This document shows positions 1 through 11,458 of a stretch of 64,000 bases of DNA, one piece after another. Each line of letters opens with the position of its first letter. The first letter of the stretch is position 1. The position numbers and the translations under genes are program-made. The stretch spans positions 1-64,000 of the forward strand of contig CAJVPI010000012.1 of the NCBI GenBank assembly GCA_910592345.1, read 5' to 3'. This DNA comes from Paraglomus brasilianum (lineage: Eukaryota). Under the pieces are notes generated by a model. That model saw only the letters and a program-made list of their open reading frames with translations. It made no database searches and was not told the origin of the DNA.

Positions 1-688
1 AAAAACTTCTGGTAGTATACTATTGGCATAAAGCTTACCAGTAACTGTATGCCCTTTTTTCACTACAATTCGTGCTATAACCCCATCTACGGTATAAAAT
101 ATACAAAACATTCTTTTTTTTTGAATTTTGCGCCGTTCTCACAATTTGTGGCCTGTTCTTCCCTTTTTCTATCCAAACCTTATTCGCTTCCTTACTTGAA
201 ACTGTAAAGAAATATATCCATGTTTCGTCCCCAGTTATAATATTATTGTATCCTTCTTTTAAAGTTTCCAATAGTTGTTTAGAAACTTCTACTCGTAGCC
301 GCTTATTGTCCTCCGAAAGCTTATGAGGAACCCATTTTGCACAGACTTTGTGAAAGTCCAGTTCATTGCGCAAAATATGGGTAATTCTTTCACGGGAAAT
401 ACCTACCTGAGTAGCCAATTCCGTGGTAGTAATATGAGGGTCGTCATTAACAAGTTCGTCGACTTTGGCAATTTTTTCTGACGTCACCGCTTCGCGAGGG
501 CGTCCAGAACGAGCCTTGTCAGAAACACTCTCATCTCCGTCCTTGAATGTACGAATCCAGCGTTGAATTGTGCGAAGTGATAGTGCATCTTCCCCTTCTG
601 CATTGACTAACTCGTCGTGAATCTGAGTTGGCTCCCGACCGTTCTTCCATGAAACATAAATGTAGTATCGTTGCTGTTCATAGCTCAT
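1..688 (-). CDS. mariner transposase (HTH region, WVPHKL linker, first catalytic D); one +1 frameshift in a homopolymer at 114-122
   Basis: Motifs RSGRP, KVCAKWVPHKL and IITGDETWIYFF. Removing one base from the 9-T run restores ...SKKRMFCIFYTVDGVIARIVVKKGHTVTGKLYANSILPEVF to the window edge. Likely ATG at 688. Confidence 0.85.
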
Positions 689-878
689 TTTTGTCCAGTT
701 GCTTTTGTATAGGGTTTTCAAAAATCTATTTCTCGAGAATGGTCAAATGAATTTTTATAATCTTTTTTTTCTTTTATTCCTCGAAACGTTGCGCAACGTT
801 GGATTACCTCCATTTTTGGATCGGTCAGCTGATCATTGACATATGACCCCGGCGACAAAACTTTTCAGCACCCCCACG
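1..878 (-). mobile_element. mariner (Tc1/mariner superfamily) DNA transposon, 5' part; runs off the window start
   Basis: Transposase motifs below. The terminal sequence read on the minus strand is TA|CGTGGGGGTGCTGAAAAGTTTTGTCGCC (851-878, TA at 879-880), which resembles a mariner TIR plus TA target site. The other end lies outside the window. Confidence 0.85.
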
Positions 879-896
879 TACATTTTGAAACAGAGT

Positions 897-1172
897 TTAC
901 TGCGGATATCCTACTGCATTCTGAATCTCTCCCATGCACAGTCCTAGCTCGCTAGCTAATTGCCGGTAATAGGCTTTCTCGTCTTTAGCAATATCAGCTT
1001 TAGCCATTTTAGGATTATCTTCCACCATGGCTACATTTTCTTTTGTTGCGTAGATCTTTCTTGCATTATCGATATCTTCAGCCATTATGTATCGGAAGAA
1101 TAAATATCCATTTTTGACCTTTGATTTATCATTAGGAGGAGCTGAATTCGCAGACGCATTTTTCTTATCCAA
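897..1172 (-). pseudogene. degenerate HMG-box-like ORF
   Basis: KVKNGYLFFRY resembles HMG helix 1 and DEKAYYRQLASE resembles helix 3. The ORF starts at TTG rather than ATG, and the conserved Trp is absent. Confidence 0.35.
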
Positions 1173-1390
1173 TTTTGGGTTGCATTAGATGAGGCCCTGT
1201 ACGTATGATTCTTTTTTGCACTTGTGGCATCGAATCCATTAAGTTAATGGTCTTATCCAACTACATACTGCGATTCACGAAAATGTGAGAAAAGGGTTAA
1301 AACACAATAAACTGAGCACCGAGCGAGAAGGGAAGGCGCCATTGGTAAAGATGCTGCCCTCACACACTTATTCGAAAAGAGTCAGGGCAA

Positions 1391-1436
1391 CGGAGATTCT
1401 TTATGTGAGTGCGCGGAGATTCTTTATGTGCGTGCG
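1391..1436. repeat. 23-bp tandem duplication
   Basis: cggagattctttatgtgagtgcg followed by cggagattctttatgtgcgtgcg. Confidence 0.8.
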
Positions 1437-2354
1437 TGATTTTGTCCGTATCGCGAGAATTTGATCTCGCGCTGCATATTGCCATGAAAGATCGCGGATT
1501 CTACGAAAGATTTATAGTCTATCTCCTTCGAGGCGTATAGATGCCACAAAGAAGATGGTGCTTATGGACGACCATCACACATTGTTCAAACTAAGGGAGT
1601 TTGTTCAAGCGTTTGTAATTCACTTTCGTGGTGAAAGCGACGCTTCCTTGGCAGTGAAGGGGCTGGATTATATTACTATCAATCAACACAATTGAATATA
1701 GTAAGCGAGATGGATGTGAGGAAGTTGCTCAAGTGCGGGAGAATACAAACTTACCTTTCAAATTTTCTGCCAGTATGGGTATGTCTGTAATAGGGGTCAA
1801 AGCTGACATGTTTCAGTTTATTAGGAGAGGTCATATTATATAAGAATATCGCCGCTGTAACTTGAAGGAACAAGCCGTTATTTAGGCTTTGTTGCTTCAC
1901 TTACTGTTTTGCTTAGTAAGCGAAGGAAGTACAATGTACTACAAACATAATGGTCCGTAATGAATAAAATAAGAAATCACACCACGTGTTTTCTGATCAT
2001 TATTATTACTATGAACATTTGTCTCATTGTTAATATGCTTTGTCACTCCTCATAACGATGATCCGTCATACTAATGCCTCGCAAAAGATGAACAAGTCTG
2101 ATTGAATAACGACAGACTCGGTATTCGAGTTTTGCACTATCAATATCGGTTAACTTTAAGTTGTCTTGTACAATACCTCCACAAGCGACTCGTTTAAACA
2201 TTTTCTGTAAAGTTGCTGATTAGAGTTCACAAACTTGAAAAAAGTAGGCTAAAAATAGATGTTACATGTGCTGATCAAATAAGATTCGCAAAACAATCCT
2301 GAATATATAACATTTTTGAACACCCATTTTAATTTCCAAATTCCTCTTTCAATC

Positions 2355-3562
2355 ATGTCAGATAAAGTCAAGGAAGTTACTTCGTGCGAGATACTTCTCG
2401 CATCACCTAGTCTTAATATACCAGAAACCGAAGGACTAGGCCTAAGCATCAAAGGCACTATCCGCTTTACACTTTCGGCTCCGCTCAAACTCAGCCAAGT
2501 AGTCGCTAAACTCCATGGATATTCACAATACGACAATTCTCAAAAGACGGGGATTATGAGAAATCTTAACATTAAAGATATCATCAAACAGAAAGCTACA
2601 GTCATTAATATCGCGAAATCATTCCCCGCTGGTGAGACCGAGCTTCCTTTCAGTATTAACATTAAAACACCCCAATCGCTTCTGGCAACTGTCGAAGGCA
2701 AAAATGCTGCAATACGGTACATTATTACCGTTGAACTAACAAGAGCTGGAGCACCACTCGCTGTATATAAAACTACAAAGAATGTGATTTTGCGCAAGCG
2801 TAATATACCAAAAGAATGTGATCTTAACGAAATGGTGACTGTCGAAGACGAAAAGGAGAATCTGTTAAAGTATAATTTGCGGATTTCAAAATATCTTTTT
2901 ATAGAGGATACTAACGATCAAGAAGGAGATGCTGCGAATGCGCAAAGTTCTCTAAAAGTGGAAGCTTCGTTCGATGTTATCGATAACAAAACAAAAGTAA
3001 AGGAAGTGAAAGTTGAAGCTTTTGAATACGAGATGTACAATATTGCTAAAGCTACAGCTGGTGCTAGTGGATCAGCCGGGACTAAACCGTGAGTATTGGC
3101 ACAATATCTAAAGCTAGTCCTTCCTCTAATTTAGTTTGATGGTTCACCTATCTTTTTTATTATGTCAGTTCCGGTTCGAAGACTGCAAAGCCAACTTCCA
3201 AAGCTCCAACGAGTGCAACCAGATCTCGTTCAACACCAAAAATTCCCGCTTTTTCTGCTATTTCTATTCCAAATCCTCATCACACCATACCGTTATTAAA
3301 CCCTCCGCTGACAATACCTCTGACAGAATCCGAATCTGGTGTAGTGAAATTTGAAATTCCCTTTACTGACAAGATGAAACCAGACTCGAAAGCCCCCATA
3401 TTGGAAGTGAAGCATGAGGTCGTATTGACGATTAAGTTTGAAAAGTTTCTGTTGATGCCATTAAAATTGGAAGTGCCGTTTGTGGTTGCCTCGCGTAAAA
3501 ACAAAGGCGCTAAAGGTGGCGTAAAGGAGGAACCAGCGGATGAGAATAATACAAATGAATGA
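2355..3562 (+). CDS. arrestin-N/Ig-fold domain protein, 2 exons (intron 3089-3168)
   Basis: ATG at 2355. A GTGAGT...TGTCAG intron joins ORF 2316 in frame to ORF 3344. Arrestin-like patterns: I.GT(I)RF.L..PLKL, FPAGETELPFSI, IRY.I.VEL.R, LEVKHEV.L.IKF, LEVPF.VAS. Confidence 0.7.
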
Positions 3563-4031
3563 CGAAAGTTTTGAAAACATTCTGAATTTAAATTAGAAAA
3601 GGACATTATTCATGTATTGAACGATTCACTGGGGAAACTGGCAAGGACAATTGATATTATAAATTGTTATAGAGTTTAAAAGTACTGAAATTATTGAATA
3701 ATGAGAGACTTTTAGACTTCATTTGTTCGGTCTCTTACGATTGATGTTGTTAGTAACCATGTTTACCATCTTTTTTAATTGCCCTTTATGATCTGTGCGG
3801 AACATTCAATAGTAATATGTTGACAGTTTCGCGTTTTGATAGACAATTAGCCCAATTCGCTGTGAAGAGGCTCGCTCGTGTGAACACGAACGAGAACGAG
3901 TTGTACAATTCCATTAAACTTACGTAGTTAAATTATCGATCGGAAGGTTTGATCTCACACGCTGCCTCTTTACCTCTCCATGGTAATATTAGTATGTCAA
4001 ATATATATGTAGGATTCGTATTTGCAGTATA

Positions 4032-4172
4032 CAGTCGTCCCCCTCTATAAGCACATCATATAAAAAACCTCTTATAAGCACACCATGTTGAGAACCAATT
4101 ACCTCTATATAGTCACAACCTCTTTATAAGCACACTTTGTTCCCGACAGCGTGACTATAGAGGGGGACGCTG
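4032..4172. mobile_element. MITE, pogo/Tc1-type, TA target duplication
   Basis: TA|CAGTCGTCCCCCTCTATA ... TATAGAGGGGGACG-CTG|TA, with internal cctct..ataagcac / atagtcac subrepeats. Confidence 0.8.
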
Positions 4173-4549
4173 TAATTGGGATATTTGCAATTATCATCAA
4201 TTCTTAAGAAGTAAAGAGAGAAGACTATGAAACAGTTAAAGTTTGCCAACAAGAATTTGGCAATTAATTAATAAATAGGTAAATCCAGATAGTAATGCTA
4301 TCACTTTCATATTAAAACTTAGCAGATAAACGTCAACATTAGTGCACTACGTTAATGAAGGTGTAGGCTAGTCACATGTCTTTATGACAAGTGGAACCTG
4401 GAATCTTTGTTTTAACTAATCGTATTGCTGAATATATAGTACATGTGTTAAGTTTTCGTTGTTTAATATTAACGATTCTTTGATCGACAATGTTCAATTA
4501 ATCCTGATTGCATCAATTTCTCTAATTTCAGTTCTATCCGTATAAAGGT

Positions 4550-7168
4550 TTATACATCTTCTTCATCAACATAGTTAGCCATCGGGTCCTCGTGCCTAAA
4601 GAAAAGAGAAGCACAGATTTGGTATTTCATCCAGAAAAAGGAACCGAGTCCAAATGCCTACAAATACATACGATAACTTCTTCAAGCGATAAGCCTCCAA
4701 TTCCTCTTCCGTAACTTCCGTATCGACTTTCGAATCTTTACTCATAAATGCTGAATTATACGGCCGTTTTCGATCATCTGGTTCTTCCTGTAATAGTCTA
4801 GCATGCCTTTTCGCTTCGTTCTCAATCGCCTTTTTCAATTTCTTGGAATCCAGCTGCACATCTCCTTCACCAATGTGCTTCCTCTTAATATGTATATTAA
4901 CATCATCGTCTGTTTTCGCTTTAGTAATACCTTTCCTAAGATTTTCAGTGTGCATTTCAACGAGGGACTTCTTTTCGGTCTGTGCTTGTACTGGTGTCGA
5001 CGTTAGAAGGTTACTAGAAGAGGCGGCTTCGATACCAGCAAGACCAGTACAGTAGGAATTTTTGATAAAGGCACGGCAACATTTGTAACCCCATTTTCCA
5101 TCCGCCCAAAATGAGCCCCAGATTGATGTATGGTTGTTTATATATACTAAAAGAGTATTAGAATACGTGTTAGATTTATCATATGAAGGCGAAAGCCATA
5201 TAGTTTTTTGCTCTACCAAATATCACACGATCAAAATGACCCGTAATTCGTTGGCTTGGCATATGAATCTACTTCGTATTACATTCACGCTCTCTGCACG
5301 ACATCTTCTTGCTTTCGTTACTTACCATCTTCTTCGTACTTGGATTTCGCTTTTGCCTTCTCCTGGCCTTTAATAACCCTTCCTGTCCGCGAATATTCTA
5401 CATAATGCTCTGTCTGAGCAAGCAGCAATTCCTTAGGTGGAACATCCAAATGTTCTTCTCCACCGTAAGTAGCCAAAATAGAGTCCTTGCTAGAATCCTT
5501 GAGCTTCTCTTTCTTGGTTAAATACTCTCGATGGAGCAATTCGCCTTGTGTCGGATTAGCTTGTAAATGAATGTCTGTTCCCTTTTCATAAGCTTGCCAT
5601 GCAAACAATTGCAAATTTGCCATTTGTCGAGCATCGCCCGAGTAACGAACAAAATTGTCACCAGCATACACGGCCTAATGAAGCAAATCGCAGTGTTAGG
5701 AATTAATTAGTTTGTCGACATGAGTTCATCAATATAGCTATTTCTGAATCAATCCTATTGCCATTATAGCTTGAGAAGCGCTTTGCTTGAATAAAGCCAC
5801 TTCTCGTTACCAATGATAAGGTGCATTCGGATTAAACCAGAAACCAAAATTCTATTTTACGAAACAACGGAAACTCACATCCTCAGCTGACGTGTCCGGC
5901 TTGTTCGGATTATCTCGCATAGAACGTGTTTTGGGATCGTAGTACGCAGAGTTAGGATCAAGATTTCTTAGATACTTGGCCGTATCTTCACGAATTCTAG
6001 GGGGGGAAACAAATTCGATTAATAATAAAAAACTTGGAAAATGCAATATATTAACATTATTTCTCACCTAAGGTTTCTGATTGTAGTACGTGTCTTTGTA
6101 TTGACTTTTTGACCAGGCATGTCTGAACTTTCGGCATACTTGTCCTCATCTTCTTCCTCATCATCACTAGAAAATTCGCCGCTAACTCGTTCGCCAGTTT
6201 TTTTGGCAAGCTCTGTCGTGCTTTGTTTTTCGAGCTCGCTGGCTTTTAGCTTGCGACGAGCTTCCTCGATTTTTTCATACTCTGATAATATTACATAAAC
6301 CAATTAGCTCACCCATCCTGGTGCGTCTTTAAAGAGTTACGATATAATGTTATCACCAACCTTCATAAATTTTGGCATGTTCTGCTGGATCATATCCGTT
6401 CCACCGATCTCTTTTTGCATCATAGTCTAATTCGATATCTTGTATTATCTCGTCAGCCTAAAAGTTTGCACCGTTCTGGGTTAGTTTCGTGATTTTAAAC
6501 AGGGACTCATAAATGTCTATCATACTTGAATATCTTTTCCTGTCCATTTCGCACCAAGTTTTCTTGGTCGCTCCACGCAGTCTTTCGTCTTGTGAGTCAT
6601 TGCACCGCAATTCTCACAAGCACCTTTTCGATACCTTGTAGAAGCAGGACCCTATCATACAATTCAAGTTTAGGTAAGTATCAAAATTTATACTTCTAAT
6701 CGTCAACATGGCAATGAAAAGACAATGACTTACAGCTCTTACTCCACGCATATACCATGTTTCAGGTTTGGACACAGCCTCCTCATCCCGAAGCCTTTGA
6801 TGTTTGAGTGTAGGTCCTCCAGTATCAAGGTACCCTTGAAAAGTGAAAAACTCGTTGGTTAACCATAGTCCTGGTAGATCTGCTCTTTCAGGAATTTCAT
6901 CTGATTTCACTTACAAGGCGCTTTGGCAATATATTGTGGTATATGAGGGTTAATATCCCTCCCTTCTTCATCCTGCTCAGCGGGGGCAGTACCAGCTTTT
7001 CTAGCTGCCTCTAGATCCTTCTGTCTTCGATAATCCTCCCGACTGAGTTTTGTGCCTGCAAGCGGTTGAGAATTTGATCAACTATGGGCATATCAGATAA
7101 GTATATATAGACAACGAAGCAGTACCGAATTTTGGGCACTTACTCTGAGTAAAGCCTATTGTTGACAT
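4550..7168 (-). CDS. SLU7: pre-mRNA splicing factor SLU7, multi-exon
   Basis: Motifs [37 protein letters not shown], zinc knuckle [69 protein letters not shown] and C-terminal EDPMANY. ATG at 7168, stop at 4550-4552, GT-AG introns. Confidence 0.97.
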
Positions 7169-7662
7169 TGGTGATCTTGAAGTAATGAAAGTTGATCCCT
7201 CAAAGAACGAAAGACTTCAATATTGAAAGGCTCGTGTCCAAATATTCGTGGCAAAGAAGAAGTGTATGATTGGCTGGTTTTTGGTCAACTTCTATTGGTT
7301 GATGAAAAGTTTTTAACTATCGTTGGTGTTAATAATACGCGTACCAAATTTCGCGATTATCACTACAAGAACCGATACTATATGTCAAAAGATATTCCTT
7401 ACTCGGATTATTTTGACGAATATTAATATACTGTCGATAACTGGTCCTACTCAAGCTTTATCCGCTACGCCTTTAGCAAAAGGTTGCTTCCGTCCGACCC
7501 TGTAAAAGTCTATAATTATAAGTACAAAAAGTGTCTGGAGAGCAAAACTGCGATCCTCTGAAGCGCTCAAAGGCGATTTCACTAAAGTTATCGTTCAAGG
7601 TTAGTATATTTTTGTGTGCAAATGAGCATAACTTGTTAACAACACAATCTGGCCAAATGCCA

Positions 7663-7790
7663 GATCAATACTATACGGAGTGTCCGCGCGCCACTCTGGG
7701 TTTCCTTGGCGTGTTGCTAGAATTGTGCTCTATTAAACAAAGCATCGATACTAGACGGGTGTCTGCGTGCCACCCTGGGTTTCCTCGTCG
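7663..7790. repeat. imperfect ~48-bp direct repeat, period about 80 bp
   Basis: atcaatactatacggagtgtccgcgcgccactctgggtttccttggcg vs atcgatactagacgggtgtctgcgtgccaccctgggtttcctcgtcg. Confidence 0.75.
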
Positions 7791-7989
7791 CACAATTGAT
7801 TGTCAATGTATATATTTATTTATCTTTGGGACCATTAATTAATCTCATCTTTATCTTGCTTTTGAGCTTGACAAAAAAATGTGATTAGCTAACCTTAGTG
7901 AATTAGCAAAAAATGAAGAGGTGAGCCAGGAATACGACATTAACTTTCTGGTATTCCACCCTAATAAAATGAATTATTTGCATGGCACG

Positions 7990-10040
7990 AATATCATACA
8001 TTGCTAAATAAGATATAAGGAAAGAGAAGATGATCTACTCCAGCTACCTGTTAGAATCACGGAATCCAAGCACCAGATCGACAGAGAGGAAGAGGCGACA
8101 TCAACCAAAAGGGTGAGTCCAGTTGATATATAATTTTGTAAATCAAATCAAATTAAATTGTACAGATAACTGACATATTTATATATGATGAAATCAAGTG
8201 AAAAGATTTAACAAATGTATCACTTGAAGATGATGGCAAAAGTAATACTACCAATGTTGCATATTCTGGAAAAAGTATGGATGATCTTCTTCCTGGCGAC
8301 CAAGCACATTCAAAAAAACCTCTCATGGAATCAAATCATTCTGATAGTTTGCATTCGTCATCATCTGTTCCATCTTCTAATATTAATTGCAAAGGTAATA
8401 ATGATCTTAGGTTTTTGACATTTCCGAAGGAATATAATGGATTAATTTATATGCATCACATGCAGATATCGAGTCTAAATATTACAATGCCAGGAAACGA
8501 ACAAAAATTATTTATTTGTGGGAAGATGCAATTGACAAGATTGATTTTAGAAATTTTTCAAAGAAGGATGTGAGTAAATAGTGTGGTTGCATCTACTGTA
8601 CATTAACTAACTATACTTAATTCTTTTCAGTGGATTTTTGAAAGTTACAATCTTTCCAATGAGTTCTGTGATTTTCAAAAGATTACGATTCAACAGGTCA
8701 AGGAAAAACTGCTCAAAAAATTCTGTAAGTATTGAATTCAACCCGAATTATGGTTTGTGATTTTTTTATCATATTCATTATTTTTGTGATAAAATAGATG
8801 TCTATCAAATATAATGTTGATTGAGCAGATAAAACTGACATACTTATCTTGCGATCTGGCAAGTTGGAATACTATTCGTCGAAGGAAAACATCTTCTTAT
8901 TTGCCATCAGTAGTTAACAATACAGTTCTGGAATATTCATTGGTAAGATTTAATTTTCTGATTGTTAAATTCCAATGCTACAGCACTAAACAATATCTAT
9001 TCTAGTTGTTAAATTCTTTTATGCCACTGGAGGAAATGGAAGGCAGATGGTGCAAAATTTCTCCAGAGTCACAGAACTGAATAAAGAGGATAGAACTAAT
9101 TTTTGCAAATGTCAAATCATATTATGAAACTTGTAGGTGTTACATTTGTTGTTGTCATAACTAATTCGATGCTAATATCTTTTACGGCTTTTTATTAGGC
9201 TCTATTAATAAAGATAACGAAGATACCTTTGTCCACAACACTTTACATAACTTAATCAATGAGGATTTTTCATGACCCAATGTTAGAATTAGTATGGTAA
9301 GTTTGGAAGCATTGCATGGATATAACATTCATTTTTATTGAGTATCTTCTGTATATTTGTGTTAAAAGGGCAAATAGTGAGAGCTCTACTTCAAAAAGTC
9401 GACGTCTTAACAATAAGGAAAAAGTTACTGTTAAAGGTAATAAACCTGATTTTAAAATTTCAACCAATACTAAAGATGAAGTTCTCTTCAGAGAAGTTAA
9501 ACCAAGGGACTCGTCTTCTGTATTGGTCAAAAAAGATCTAGTCAAACTTGCTGAGTTTCAGGCAGGTACCAACCAAGAAATTTGGAAATAGAATCGGGAT
9601 GATTTCTTTTGGTATATGGATATGTAGTAAGTATGCATAATAATTTGGACTGACTTTTTGGTGCATTTATTAACATTTGATTGCATTCATAGGTGAGCAT
9701 ATTCACGTCTACAAGATGGACCTTAATTATGAAGGAATATACAGGATGATCTTGGTTGCAGATGTATGTGTCCCAATTGAACGGGAAAAAATTGTAGGCT
9801 TGCTATCAGTTTTGGAAGTGGTTAAGATTATAGCTGTTTACTACATTTGATGTAAAATCGGCACCAAACATTTTAACATCCTTTTTTTTTTGTGATTTTA
9901 GGCATTGTATTTCCGAACTTTTAACAGTAATTGCCTCTGACATCCCGCCTAGTTCTCCATCACGTTCTTCCTATGGTAGAATGCCTACCCCTTCGCCAAA
10001 ACCTGTCACGGTTGCAATTACTGGTCTGCAACCAACTTGA
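7990..10040 (+). pseudogene. decayed multi-exon gene of the Mucoromycota PD-(D/E)XK-like (Crinkler C-terminal REase-type) family
   Basis: Exon remnants NEDTFVHNTLH, ANSESSTSKSRR..GNKPDFKI..EVLFREVKP..KDLVKLAEF and VYKMDLNYEGIYRM. Frameshifts near 9265 and 9570; GT-AG introns. Boundaries approximate. Confidence 0.6.
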
Positions 10041-10320
10041 TTTTTTGTATATCAATTATCTTATGTATACGTGGTGAAAAAAGATCATAAATGATTTTAG
10101 TAAAGTTTCGCCGAAATTGAGGCTGTGTTTGCACTTTGAAGAAATGAAACGCGCTTCATTTTTGATCAACGTGATATCACTAAGTATTGACGTTTGAAGT
10201 CGGTTAAATTGGTTTTTTATTATATATTTCTTTTTTAACGCTTGACGACGGGCCGCCGCCGAAATTTTTAGTTATACATTTTAAATAAATAATTGGATAT
10301 ATACAAACTACTACTAAAAC

Positions 10321-11010
10321 ATGCAATCCGAAGTTGATTCATTAAAACAACGAATTTCTGAGCTTGAAGCCGAAAAGGTTGAGCTTGAAACCAAGAATGC
10401 CGAGCTTTTAAAACATGTTACGGAAGAGAGCACCAAACGCGAAGCTGAAAATGCTGAGCTCAAAGCCAGGATCGCCAAATTGGAACAGATTGCAGAAAAA
10501 ATACTGAGCTTAAAGATAGAATCACGAAATTGGAACAGAAATAGACGCAGGCTATTACTAATAAACAGGAGCCATCTCCTACAAAAGATATTTCACCACT
10601 TATCGAGAACAATTCTGATGAGGGGAAAGGTATTACCCCCCGATCCCTTGCCTGAAATAGAATATAGCTCAACCTGAATTTTCAACGGAGCCTGAAACAT
10701 CTACAACTTCTTTACCACAAGATATTATCCATGATTCAGCTGAGATCCTTGATTTTGTAGAAACGATGCACAAGGAAAGGATTAGTAGTGAGATAAGAGA
10801 GAGGAACCGGGGAAAAAAACTTCGAGAATCACATAATAACTCCACTGATACAATTCGAAGTATCAACCCAATCGACACCTGAACCTCTGGACTCGAAAAC
10901 TGTGAAAAAGCTTTGGAATCAAAATCAAAATAAAAGCCAGGACAAAACGTCCCAATCGCACAAGAAAAAGGGAACAGAGAATATCGCTCAGGTGATAACT
11001 GATGGCATCC
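10321..11010 (+). pseudogene. frameshifted coiled-coil protein of a family common in Glomeromycotina
   Basis: MQSEVDSLKQRISELEAEK...REAENAELKARIAKLEQ. Coding-like continuation in shifted frames (SAEILDFVETMHKERISSEIRERNR; KKKGTENIAQVI). Confidence 0.55.
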
Positions 11011-11230
11011 ATATTAATATTAAAAGTCTTCTTTCTATTCTACCAGAGCAGTGCGAGAGTCAACAGGGTAGTCGGTCTATTTAAGATGAAGCACATGCGT
11101 GTTTGCACATATGAAAACGCCCACAAAGTAGCGAGTCTCTTTTCCACATAAGATTTATACCACTTGGGAACTTCGGGGTGATTATAACAACCATCATGAG
11201 TTTAACCACCCGATTCCCATATGCAACTAC

Positions 11231-11458
11231 ATCCCTCTTGCGACAAAACCTGTTAGCAAACACAAATACCTTCTCTAATTTATACTCTCACTCGCACTCG
11301 CTTTTCATATATCAAAAATGTCATCTCTCCGACGAAATACAACTTCATCACAACCCTCCATTAAGGCTGGCCCTGCCGCTCAAGAACTGATCGACCCAAC
11401 GCGGCGCTCACGCCGACAACGAAACTCTGGCCGCATACCTCGATCTAATAACGAATGG
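11231..11458 (+). pseudogene. truncated inverted paralog of the HMG gene (5' UTR plus N-terminal codons to NNEW)
   Basis: Aligns by eye to the reverse complement of 14928-15197. It has indels, no intact start context, and ends just before an A9 run. Confidence 0.9.
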
